This document shows, piece by piece, positions 1 through 7,699 of a stretch of DNA of 29,162 nt (positions are counted from its first letter, which is position 1; every line of letters begins with the position of its first letter). Source of the stretch: a virus (Duplodnaviria; Caudoviricetes). The stretch lies in the IMG/VR virus record IMGVR_UViG_3300030392_001226, positions 1-29,162 of that record. One strand, given 5' to 3'. The position numbers and the translations under genes were made by a program. Under the pieces are notes generated by a model that had not been told where the DNA came from, made no database searches, and was given only the letters and a program-made list of their open reading frames with translations.

Positions 1-130
1 TTCCTTGTATTTCAGAATCCAATTCCTTAATCTCGGAATTCATCTGCTTAATCTCATCTTTCTTTTTATAAATTTCTTGTGCAATATCTTGAATTACACT
101 AATTTCAGGGTCAAAGCTACTGATTGTCAT
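1..130 (-). CDS. Hypothetical coiled-coil protein (partial, runs off the window start)
   Basis: Not in the ORF track. ATG at 130 on the minus strand reads MTISSFDPEISVIQDIAQEIYKKKDEIKQMNSEIKELDSEIQG... and stays open to position 1, with a heptad pattern. Confidence 0.65.
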   Translation of the reverse strand, partial: MTISSFDPEISVIQDIAQEIYKKKDEIKQMNSEIKELDSEIQG

Positions 131-160
131 ACACTCACTTGGGACTCCACATGTTAACAG

Positions 161-202
161 GGTGGGGGAGTCGCTTGCCTCCCCACCTATGTTCTAATTA
201 TA
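161..202 (-). promoter_or_regulatory. TATAAT -10-like box followed by a GC-rich hairpin
   Basis: Minus-strand TATAAT at 197-202; GGTGGGG (161-167) / CCCCACC (181-187) stem in the intergenic gap; no U-tract. Confidence 0.4.
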
Positions 203-208
203 AAGATG

Positions 209-652
209 TCATGCAATTGCTTGAGACATATCGAGTGCAAACCAATGCTTTCGATTTAATTCATCTCTTACAACAGCAATTATTTCTTCATCTTTTTTGT
301 CTACAGCTGTAACCGTATGTGAAATGAAATCTTCAAATTTCGCATTGCAGTCACTACACCGCTTAATAATAGCTACTTCTACAAGTTCTCTGCCATCAGA
401 AATTTTTATACGTAAATCTCCAATTGTAGGAGGACGATTATTATTTTTTCTAATCTGAGATACTTCTTTGTTTAGGTCTAGTTCTTGAATCCATCGACAG
501 AGAGCAGATTCAGATATGTCTAGAAGTTGACTTGCTTCGTTCTGCGCTCCACTAGAATTGATTAAAGAATCGAGTATAAGTTCATCTATAGGTTTATTGA
601 ACTTATACTCCATCATTAACATCTTGTTAGTTTTTCTTGTGATTTTCCGCAA
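209..652 (-). CDS. HTH DNA-binding protein (Fis-like HTH) with a C-terminal CxxC
   Basis: AQNEASQLLDISESALCRWIQEL fits an HTH pattern; RCSDC follows. Overlaps the ruvB stop. The true start may be the ATG at 622. Confidence 0.6.
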   Translation of the reverse strand: MRKITRKTNKMLMMEYKFNKPIDELILDSLINSSGAQNEASQLLDISESALCRWIQELDLNKEVSQIRKNNNRPPTIGDLRIKISDGRELVEVAIIKRCSDCNAKFEDFISHTVTAVDKKDEEIIAVVRDELNRKHWFALDMSQAIA

Positions 653-1562
653 TGTACAGAATGCCCTCCTTAGTTATAACTCTTCCTCTACTTGATCTTT
701 CTAATAAATCGAGTTCTATTAACCAAGGTTCATAAGTTGACTCGATTGCTTTTTCATCTATTCCTGTAGACATCGCCAAGGTTTTTAATCCTGTGGGTTT
801 ACCTGCAAACTTATACACTAGGGTTTGAAGTATCCTAATGTCATAAATTGTTAGACCATTCTTTTCTATTTGTAGATTATGTAATGTCTCATCAACTATT
901 TGATTATCTAAAGTTTTTGTTCTAGCAACTGTAGCTGTATCATGACATCTATCAAGTAATCTATTAGCTGTTCTAGGGTTACGCCTAGAAGCATGAGAGA
1001 TGTCTTTTAATGCGTCTGAAGTAATTTTATATTTCAACTTCTTAGCATTCATTAATATAATCTCTTCCATTTCTTCATAAGAGTAATTATCTAGAGGAAT
1101 GATAAAACCAAACCTTTCTCGAAATGGAGCTGCAAGTTCTCCTAATTCTGTTGTTGCTGTTAAACAAGTAAAAGGTTTTAGATCTACTTGATAGCTTCCC
1201 CATTGATCTTTACGTTCTATTTTTCTATCAGTCATGGCCGTGTAAACAGTTTCCTGTAACACTCTAGGTAAAGCATGTACCTCATCTATAAAAATAAAAT
1301 CATTCTTCTTACAGTTTTCCAAGGCATCATAAATAATATCGTGTGATGAAATCGTTGGTGCGAGAAGAGTTGTACATTTTGATTTAAACTCTTTAGCTAT
1401 TAAGTTAGCTAAAGTTGTCTTGCCTAATCCACTTGCTCCATGAAGTAGGACATGAGGAAAAGACTCTTTACGAATCTTAGCTGCTTGCATAGAAACTCTA
1501 ATTGAGTTCTTTACATTCTCTTGTCCTACATAGTTATCTAATTTAGTTGGTTCAAAATTCAC
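627..1562 (-). CDS. ruvB: Holliday junction branch-migration helicase RuvB-like AAA+ ATPase
   Basis: YVGQ, Walker A HVLLHGASGLGKTTLA, Walker B FIDEVH, ATT sensor 1, PFRERFG Arg finger, PRTANRLL sensor 2, C-terminal wHTH (GLKTLA...EPWLI...RSSRGR). Likely start is GTG 1562 after GGAGA; the track start is 1595. Confidence 0.92.
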   Translation of the reverse strand: MNFEPTKLDNYVGQENVKNSIRVSMQAAKIRKESFPHVLLHGASGLGKTTLANLIAKEFKSKCTTLLAPTISSHDIIYDALENCKKNDFIFIDEVHALPRVLQETVYTAMTDRKIERKDQWGSYQVDLKPFTCLTATTELGELAAPFRERFGFIIPLDNYSYEEMEEIILMNAKKLKYKITSDALKDISHASRRNPRTANRLLDRCHDTATVARTKTLDNQIVDETLHNLQIEKNGLTIYDIRILQTLVYKFAGKPTGLKTLAMSTGIDEKAIESTYEPWLIELDLLERSSRGRVITKEGILYIAENHKKN

Positions 1563-1683
1563 TGTTATTTCTCCGATGGACTTACATTGTCTCATGTAGG
1601 GTTGTCAATAGCAACCCCTTTGCGACCCAATTAATAGTGCATTTTAATTCATGAAGTCCACTTCATGTGTTGGCTCTCGGAAC

Positions 1684-1719
1684 AAAAAAAGAGAGGAGAA
1701 TTAGATTCTCCCCTCTCTT
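1684..1719 (-). terminator. Rho-independent terminator
   Basis: GAGAGG-AGAA / TTCT-CCTCTC stem followed on the minus strand by T7 (A7 at 1684-1690), just after the stop of 1738..2061. Confidence 0.8.
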
Positions 1720-1737
1720 AAATCAGAGAATACAATA

Positions 1738-2061
1738 TTATTCCTGAGTAGTATTCCTTCTATACTTCACAACAGTAATTCTATTGGCATCGTCTATACT
1801 CTGAATACTGTATCCACTCTCATCTGTATCGCTCTTTGTAATAACAAATGCTTCTACAAAATCATTCTCTGCCAGACCAAGAAGTCCAGTAAGACATGTG
1901 TGAAGTTGAGCAATATATCCATCTTGGATTTCCTCTTGCTCTTCCTCAAGTTCTTCAGTCATAACGTGCATTAACATGCTGTGTTGTTTAGTTCCAACTT
2001 TTGCAACATTGCCATTCCCAAAAGGAATGTCTGTTTCCGCATAGGCGTCCCTAATACGCAT
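1738..2061 (-). CDS. Hypothetical acidic protein
   Basis: 107-aa ORF with GAGG RBS upstream and a terminator downstream. Confidence 0.75.
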   Translation of the reverse strand: MRIRDAYAETDIPFGNGNVAKVGTKQHSMLMHVMTEELEEEQEEIQDGYIAQLHTCLTGLLGLAENDFVEAFVITKSDTDESGYSIQSIDDANRITVVKYRRNTTQE

Positions 2062-2174
2062 CTTGTCCTCTCTCTAAAACTTAAACTTATAATAATATTC
2101 AGTGCATATGGTGGATTCTTTTTTCTCTCCTTAACCATTGCTTTATGTAAAAAGATCTATTTCATTCACTCTCC

Positions 2175-2438
2175 TTATGGGATTAATTGTTTAAACGATT
2201 CTCCTAGAATAAATTTAGTTCTAAGCATTAAAGTCTTACAACATGGACTGCTATACCAGACCCACTGATAATTAGAGAAGTATCCATATGCTGAAGTTCT
2301 CCAACCATTAGTGATGACAGAGGTTTTTAAGAACCCATTAATATCATCGATTAAATACTTAGTTTCACAGTGCCAACATTTAGCACGTCTTAGTGTTGTT
2401 ATATCTTTATGAAATGATTGATAGACTGCATCTAACAT
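2175..2438 (-). CDS. Hypothetical Zn-ribbon-like protein
   Basis: CWHC and SPCC motifs; overlaps the stop of the upstream gene. Confidence 0.65.
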   Translation of the reverse strand: MLDAVYQSFHKDITTLRRAKCWHCETKYLIDDINGFLKTSVITNGWRTSAYGYFSNYQWVWYSSPCCKTLMLRTKFILGESFKQLIP

Positions 2439-2779
2439 TCATGAGACCTTAAGATGGTTAACTCTTCTTTCAATTCTTTCCATAATTTTTCTGATTCTTT
2501 AATTTCTATATTCAGCTCATCTAAGTTTTTACTCATATCTTCTAAAAGCACTATAGCTAATGGAACTAGAGATAATCCTGTCTGAATAAATTCAACTTCC
2601 TCAATAGTTAAAGTTACATATCCTTCATCCCGAGGAGTTAGTGGATTCTTTTTAATCAGAGATATCATTTGATTAAACCTATTTACAAAAATTGGTAAAT
2701 CATGAATGGGAAGTGAAGCCAACGCTTTCCACGTTGGAGTTATATTTATTGTTTTAGGAATCGATTGCAAGTTTGACAT
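2432..2779 (-). CDS. Hypothetical protein with a C-terminal coiled coil
   Basis: 115-aa ORF with GGAGG RBS upstream; lies within the operon. Confidence 0.75.
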   Translation of the reverse strand: MSNLQSIPKTINITPTWKALASLPIHDLPIFVNRFNQMISLIKKNPLTPRDEGYVTLTIEEVEFIQTGLSLVPLAIVLLEDMSKNLDELNIEIKESEKLWKELKEELTILRSHEC

Positions 2780-2960
2780 TTAGTTCGCCTCCATTATTTA
2801 AAAAGGTTAAATACTGATCCCAATCTTCTAGCATAGACTTAGAACTTAATGTCCATTCTAGTTTTATAGATTCTTTACACCTCTCTTCTATTTCCTCATC
2901 ATTCATATTGTTCCAAAAGTGATCAAGCATTATTTCTTTTTGTTTCTCACTTATTGACAT
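2754..2960 (-). CDS. Hypothetical helical protein, paralog of 7211..7396
   Basis: Likely start is ATG 2960 (MSISEKQKEIMLD), immediately after the upstream stop; aligns by eye with 7211..7396. Confidence 0.75.
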   Translation of the reverse strand: MSISEKQKEIMLDHFWNNMNDEEIEERCKESIKLEWTLSSKSMLEDWDQYLTFLNNGGELNVKLAIDS

Positions 2961-2962
2961 AA

Positions 2963-3409
2963 TTACCATTTCCTTATTAAAACATTTCCCATTATTTCTA
3001 TATTTTGTTCTTTCCATTCTCCAATAGATCGTCCTGTGTTTTTTTCAGCAGGGGTTAATTCTGCATAATATGATTCAACCTCTCCACCATTCTCCAGATA
3101 AGCTACAACTAATACATCTATTCGATCTTCAGGAGCAAGGGCCATAACGTCATTTAATTCTCTTGCCCTAGAGACGAACTCAGTTGCATCTGCCCTACAT
3201 ACAAATACATAATCAATTGCATTCTCTATATAGAGTAATTCCTCTAATCTATTTCTAACTTTAGATCCTGAGTTCTCATTAATTACATGAGTTACTACAT
3301 CCTCATCTGAATTTTGAATTAAAACTATTGGAGGAAGATCATGACTTACTGCTAGATAATTATGTACAGCTCCAGATTTTCCAGTTCTAATTAAACTTTC
3401 TCTATCCAT
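2963..3409 (-). CDS. Hypothetical protein
   Basis: Likely start is ATG 3409 (MDRESL), overlapping the upstream stop; the track start is 3430. Confidence 0.75.
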   Translation of the reverse strand: MDRESLIRTGKSGAVHNYLAVSHDLPPIVLIQNSDEDVVTHVINENSGSKVRNRLEELLYIENAIDYVFVCRADATEFVSRARELNDVMALAPEDRIDVLVVAYLENGGEVESYYAELTPAEKNTGRSIGEWKEQNIEIMGNVLIRKW

Positions 3410-3773
3410 TTTGTAATTCAAACTGAGCAAGATTTCTAGCTAGATAACTCTTTGCTTCTCCAAATCTTTCTTCATCGTTATAAGCTATTGTTATTCTTGC
3501 AATCTCATTTATTTTGTCTCTAACCAAATCAGAATTCGGTAAGTCAAAAATAAAAGTTAGAGCATGTGCAAAATCCTCTTCTCCAGGAAATGCTAGAGAT
3601 ATAGAGCGCCCTAAGAATGCGTCTGATTCTATTAAATATTTTCCATTATCTAGAAGTAATGATCCTGCAACACAATAACAATTTGCTCCACGTTCAGGAT
3701 GAATAGCATTAATAGGAGAAGGATATCTATCCCATAATTCCTTAAAGTAGTTTGTGCTAGATTTGTGTTCCAT
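3402..3773 (-). CDS. Hypothetical protein
   Basis: Likely start is ATG 3773 (MEHKSS) after AGGGAG. NCYCVAGSL and IIAYNDEERF-type motifs resemble small phage proteins. Confidence 0.75.
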   Translation of the reverse strand: MEHKSSTNYFKELWDRYPSPINAIHPERGANCYCVAGSLLLDNGKYLIESDAFLGRSISLAFPGEEDFAHALTFIFDLPNSDLVRDKINEIARITIAYNDEERFGEAKSYLARNLAQFELQNG

Positions 3774-3795
3774 ACTTCTCTCCCTTAAAATAAAT

Positions 3796-3898
3796 TGTGT
3801 GGCTTTCACGTCTATCCACATGGCACACCTTGCGACAAACACAGGAAGGAGCGCAGTAATGCCAATAAACTGCAAGACCTGTGAAATGTATTGTGTCC
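3796..3898 (-). ncRNA. Candidate structured intergenic RNA (possible pseudoknot)
   Basis: GC-enriched gap with nested stems CACAGG/CCTGTG and GCAGT/ACTGC, a TGTGG/CCACA hairpin, and a loop TGGCA complementary to a downstream TGCCA. Confidence 0.4.
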
Positions 3899-3905
3899 TT
3901 AAGTC

Positions 3906-4373
3906 TTAATTAGAATGGAACCCAAACCCCTGCTGAATTATTAATTCATTAGGATCATTCCAGAATTTATCTGAATGATAGACTTCATGCCCTAGAGATT
4001 CGTAATCTGCATCATGACAATCTGACTCACTACATAAAACTATTTCCACATAATCTATACTTGCTAGTTCGCGTTGAAACTTAGCCATAGTGACATTCTC
4101 ATTCTCGTCTAAAAAGGTTTCAGTCACTACACCTGAGACATACCATTTATCTATAAAATGATCTGACTTACCTAGAGGATGATCCTTTAATGTATAGATT
4201 TCATGTAAACAATCTGTATGTACAGTTAAAGTACATTCTTCTATTCCATCTATAATATTGTCTACATATTCCCTTAATGCTTGTGTTGCTTCAGAAGCAG
4301 TAGAATATTTAGCTTCATCATAATAAGTAGGGAGATAACCGTGATCTCCTGCAATAAGATGGTTATGCATCAT
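3906..4373 (-). CDS. Hypothetical acidic protein
   Basis: Likely start is ATG 4373 after GGAG; D/E/H-rich; the track start is 4403. Confidence 0.75.
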   Translation of the reverse strand: MMHNHLIAGDHGYLPTYYDEAKYSTASEATQALREYVDNIIDGIEECTLTVHTDCLHEIYTLKDHPLGKSDHFIDKWYVSGVVTETFLDENENVTMAKFQRELASIDYVEIVLCSESDCHDADYESLGHEVYHSDKFWNDPNELIIQQGFGFHSN

Positions 4374-4641
4374 AATGTTCTCCACAAATAATCTCTCTTC
4401 CACCTAGAGTTCCTGAAGCTATTGGAAGCCAAACTCCATCTCCAGTTTGTGGATGTGGAATAAGTTCTACCTTAAATCTATTCACACCTTCTTTATCACA
4501 CCAGACTCTAGTTTTAATCGAACCTTGATAACTCCAAGTTTCTTGATTCATCCCACTAGATTTATCTCCTCCCCTAGAAACTGTAGTATTACTCCAGTTG
4601 TAATTATTCATTACACCCCAAAACTGTTTCTTTCCTGACAT
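4363..4641 (-). CDS. Hypothetical phage protein
   Basis: AAGGAG RBS; 92 aa; FWG...SRGGDKSSG motif. Confidence 0.8.
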   Translation of the reverse strand: MSGKKQFWGVMNNYNWSNTTVSRGGDKSSGMNQETWSYQGSIKTRVWCDKEGVNRFKVELIPHPQTGDGVWLPIASGTLGGREIICGEHYDA

Positions 4642-4652
4642 TGCTTATCTCC

Positions 4653-4907
4653 TTATAAAGTTCCTTGTCTATAAACTCCTGTGCTTCTAGCTATAGCATG
4701 AATTAATTGTTTTCCAAATTCTGCTCTTGCTAAGTCTCTATAACATTGACCTATTTCATGGTCTAGACATTCACAACACCAACTGCCTAGATTATCTCTA
4801 TGATCCATCCAATCTCTTTCTAATCCTGTAATATGAATGATTTGTTCTTGTTGATGATAATTATCAGCCTTTTTAATTGTTGTATTGCATTCCAAACATC
4901 TAAGCAT
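4653..4907 (-). CDS. Hypothetical Zn-finger protein
   Basis: CLEC...WCCEC motifs; GAGG RBS. Confidence 0.7.
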   Translation of the reverse strand: MLRCLECNTTIKKADNYHQQEQIIHITGLERDWMDHRDNLGSWCCECLDHEIGQCYRDLARAEFGKQLIHAIARSTGVYRQGTL

Positions 4908-5070
4908 ATCTCTGCCTCAAACGTTCGACTAATACATTAGGGTGGCAATTATCACAACACATTCCTTTTGCTATAGGATCAGCACTATGACCATAAGCAT
5001 ATGGATCATTTAACCCTGCTGTAATCTCATTTTTACAGATTACACAGATCTGACTCTTCTTATCTTTCAT
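4900..5070 (-). CDS. Small Zn-finger protein (56 aa)
   Basis: Not in the track. Reads MKDKKSQICVICKNEITAGLNDPYAYGHSADPIAKGMCCDNCHPNVLVERLRQRYA and fills the gap exactly between its neighbours. Confidence 0.8.
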   Translation of the reverse strand: MKDKKSQICVICKNEITAGLNDPYAYGHSADPIAKGMCCDNCHPNVLVERLRQRYA

Positions 5071-5071
5071 C

Positions 5072-5980
5072 TTACTCACACATTAATCCAACTGCTTTAC
5101 CTGAAATAGAATGCTCATTATCTGTTGGACTAAGAACTACTCTGATCTCTTTCCTACATGACATACAATGTGCATCTGCATATTTAAAATCCTCACCTAT
5201 TAATAGATCAGGCTTTGTTGCTAGATTGCTAGAATCAAATAACTCTTCTGTATTATTCCTTCTCCAAAAATCTGTTGGAGTCTTAATCCAGTTTGAAACT
5301 ATATGATTCTTACTCTCAACTATTCTTTCTGCTTGAGACATAAGAACATTAAGATTATTAAATACTTTTAGTTGCCATAAACTATTCTCTATTTCATTTT
5401 CATCTGGATAATTCTCACTGAAATATCCAGAAGTTTTTCCTTGCTCAAATAAGTTCTCTAATACTGCAACTTCTATTGCTAAATCTTTATTCTCTGGATC
5501 ATTAGGATATGCAAATAAATGTTGATCATATCCTTCAAAATAAACTTCATTATCCCAATCAATTTCATCATCGTGCTTATCCAAAAATCCTTTTAATTCA
5601 TCCTTAAGATTAGTAAAGAATTCTTCTTGTTCACGTTGAGCAAATTCATCTTCATCTAGAACTGGATAAATATAATATTTACTCTTAAGATCATCAGCAA
5701 TTTTTAATAATTCGTAATTATGTTCACTGATATGAATTTCTTCTATCCAACCTACTGCCCAATGATTAAATCTATGGATTACGTAATCTTCAGTTTCACT
5801 TTTACCCTGATCAAGTTCCTTAATAAATGTGTCCCAATTACAATTCTCTAAAAGACTGCTGTCCCTAGATATTGTAAAAACGACATAATTTTCTGTTAAT
5901 TCTTCAGAAGTATGTTGAGCAAAATCACTTTTAGGTCTTTTCCATTTCTCTAAATAATTAGGAATATATTTTTCTGGCAT
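5072..5980 (-). CDS. Hypothetical acidic phage protein
   Basis: 302 aa with AAGGAG RBS. RDS..LE..N, HWAVGWIE and YPVLDEDEF motifs are recalled from phage hypotheticals; C-terminal CMSC. Confidence 0.85.
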   Translation of the reverse strand: MPEKYIPNYLEKWKRPKSDFAQHTSEELTENYVVFTISRDSSLLENCNWDTFIKELDQGKSETEDYVIHRFNHWAVGWIEEIHISEHNYELLKIADDLKSKYYIYPVLDEDEFAQREQEEFFTNLKDELKGFLDKHDDEIDWDNEVYFEGYDQHLFAYPNDPENKDLAIEVAVLENLFEQGKTSGYFSENYPDENEIENSLWQLKVFNNLNVLMSQAERIVESKNHIVSNWIKTPTDFWRRNNTEELFDSSNLATKPDLLIGEDFKYADAHCMSCRKEIRVVLSPTDNEHSISGKAVGLMCE

Positions 5981-6000
5981 TATATTTCTCCTTAAAAATA

Positions 6001-6159
6001 AGGTTCTCAGGAACGAGGCTTAAATCCAGGCAGCAAACGAAAATGTGAGGAGGCTCAGTCTTAACATCTCTGGGGTGTTTTACCTGTTGTGAGATCACAA
6101 CAGAACCAGATTCCCTGATGTCCCTCTAATAGTTCTGAGTTCAACTATCCTGAGAACCT
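6001..6159. ncRNA. Candidate structured ncRNA closed by a perfect 12-bp stem
   Basis: AGGTTCTCAGGA (6001-6012) / TCCTGAGAACCT (6148-6159) encloses ACATC/GATGT, TCTGG/CCAGA, CTGTTGTG/CACAACAG and ATAGTT/AACTAT stems. Confidence 0.55.
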
Positions 6160-6165
6160 ATAAAT

Positions 6166-6447
6166 TTATCCTTTAATTAATATATCCTCCCTGAGTAACC
6201 ACGCCTTAACTTTCTCTCTCGATCCATTAGATAAGGGATCCATTTCATGATAAATAAATGTCACTATTTCTTTTAGATCTCTTAAATTACTAGGATCAGC
6301 TCTAACTATTGCTGACTGTAATTCATCACATAGAACAGCTTTAAGAAATCCACCAGTGTGCATTCTGTGTTCTTGATATCTTTTTAACTCATCTCTAACC
6401 TGAGATGGACATAAAGCCCAATTAATTCTCTCGTTAAACTTTGACAT
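6166..6447 (-). CDS. Hypothetical phage protein
   Basis: GGFLKAVL.DEL..A..RAD..N...GS.EKV.AW pattern, recalled as a widespread phage hypothetical family. Confidence 0.85.
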   Translation of the reverse strand: MSKFNERINWALCPSQVRDELKRYQEHRMHTGGFLKAVLCDELQSAIVRADPSNLRDLKEIVTFIYHEMDPLSNGSREKVKAWLLREDILIKG

Positions 6448-6742
6448 CAGATTCTATAACCCTGTCTACTGATGCACTGATTCCTTCAGATATCGCAATA
6501 ATTAAATCTAACTCTGAATCTTTCTCATCTAACTTACTGATCTCAGATTCTATATCTGCTTTTGCTGAAGCTATATCAGTCTTAACCTCATCAGCTAGAT
6601 CAACAATTCTTCTCAACTGATTGTAGAGACCCACTAGGGATTGATCACTTTGGAGAGCAATTAATTTCACTGATTTCTCAGCTGCTTTTAATCTCTCCTG
6701 TTGTTCAAGTCTCTCTCTAACTCTATCTGTAGTATCTCCCAT
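6434..6742 (-). CDS. Hypothetical coiled-coil protein
   Basis: AAGGAG RBS; heptad-rich. Confidence 0.8.
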   Translation of the reverse strand: MGDTTDRVRERLEQQERLKAAEKSVKLIALQSDQSLVGLYNQLRRIVDLADEVKTDIASAKADIESEISKLDEKDSELDLIIAISEGISASVDRVIESDVKV

Positions 6743-6781
6743 TAATTTTCTCCTTATGGCATTTTTTACCCGCTTAATTTA

Positions 6782-6958
6782 TTAGCACCTTATGCAACAA
6801 TATTCTAGAAATCCTAGAACTTCACATACTCTATAAGTTTCTCTATTTCCCTCAATCTCCAGGAAATCTCGCTTATCTTGTAATCTCATTCCATGCTGAT
6901 TAAGAATCTTAATAGCTATAGTTTTTGAGATTTCTCTAGTCCATAATCCTTCTGACAT
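6782..6958 (-). CDS. Small hypothetical protein (58 aa)
   Basis: Not in the track. Reads MSEGLWTREISKTIAIKILNQHGMRLQDKRDFLEIEGNRETYRVCEVLGFLEYCCIRC; TAATG-coupled to the upstream gene. Confidence 0.75.
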   Translation of the reverse strand: MSEGLWTREISKTIAIKILNQHGMRLQDKRDFLEIEGNRETYRVCEVLGFLEYCCIRC

Positions 6959-7221
6959 TAATCCTGTCCTTCTAATTTCTCCATTTCACTTGTAACCATT
7001 TTTCTCATGTCAAATAATAAAGAAATAATTATTACATATAACCTATCGCACATTTCTGCATCATATCCACCTAGATATGTATCGTGAAATTCTCTATAAG
7101 TATTAGGATAATCTGTGTATAATCCCTCTAATAATTGCTGAACTTTAAAATATTTTTCTATTGGTTCAGAACTCTCAAATTCCTTGACTGCTTGCTCTAG
7201 ATTAGGCAATTCACTCGCCAT
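6958..7221 (-). CDS. Hypothetical protein
   Basis: GAGGAG RBS; 87 aa, helical. Confidence 0.8.
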   Translation of the reverse strand: MASELPNLEQAVKEFESSEPIEKYFKVQQLLEGLYTDYPNTYREFHDTYLGGYDAEMCDRLYVIIISLLFDMRKMVTSEMEKLEGQD

Positions 7222-7396
7222 TAATTTCTCCTCTATTTAACATGGTTATAAATTCTTCCCAATCTGCGCTTAATTTCTTTGGACGCTCTGCCCAGATTAA
7301 TTCTATTGCTTTTCTAACAATTGCTTCTCTGCCTACTTCATTCATACTGTTAAATACGTAATCTAACAATAATTCCTTCTGAGAATCTGTAACCAT
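7211..7396 (-). CDS. Hypothetical helical protein, paralog of 2754..2960
   Basis: AGGAG RBS; the QKE.LLD...N.MN...I.L.W......DW....T.LN.G pattern is shared with the paralog. Confidence 0.8.
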   Translation of the reverse strand: MVTDSQKELLLDYVFNSMNEVGREAIVRKAIELIWAERPKKLSADWEEFITMLNRGEINGE

Positions 7397-7405
7397 TGAA
7401 TTCTC

Positions 7406-7699
7406 CTAACTATTAGGAATCTCAAACTTACCATCGATAAATCTACTCTCGTTTTCCACATGCTCATCGTATTTGGTTAAATCTGTGTCCTCATCATAAA
7501 TTCCTGTTTGCCATGTAAATTTATGTAACTCACGCTCACACGCTCGTTCTAGAATTCCTCTAGATATTAATCCATGAAAACTTTTCCAATGATTCATGTG
7601 AAATAATCTTTGTTCTGTTGTGAGATTTGAAGCCCTAGATAATCTAAGTAATAAGTGAAATAAATTTGGATTATCGTCTTTATTAATTGTGTCAGGCAT
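7406..7699 (-). CDS. Hypothetical protein
   Basis: 97-aa ORF overlapping the upstream stop. Confidence 0.7.
   Translation of the reverse strand: MPDTINKDDNPNLFHLLLRLSRASNLTTEQRLFHMNHWKSFHGLISRGILERACERELHKFTWQTGIYDEDTDLTKYDEHVENESRFIDGKFEIPNS

Noticed and set aside
3796-3898. HDV-like ribozyme
   Set aside because: A P1-like GGACACA/TGTGTTT pairing exists, but P3/L3, the P1.1 GG and J4/2 cannot be built.
6001-6159. Hammerhead, hairpin-ribozyme or cobalamin-riboswitch identity for this element
   Set aside because: CTGATG is followed by T rather than A and the stem III geometry fails. The hairpin-ribozyme loop-B strand is incomplete. AGGGAA is present but the remaining B12-element motifs are missing.
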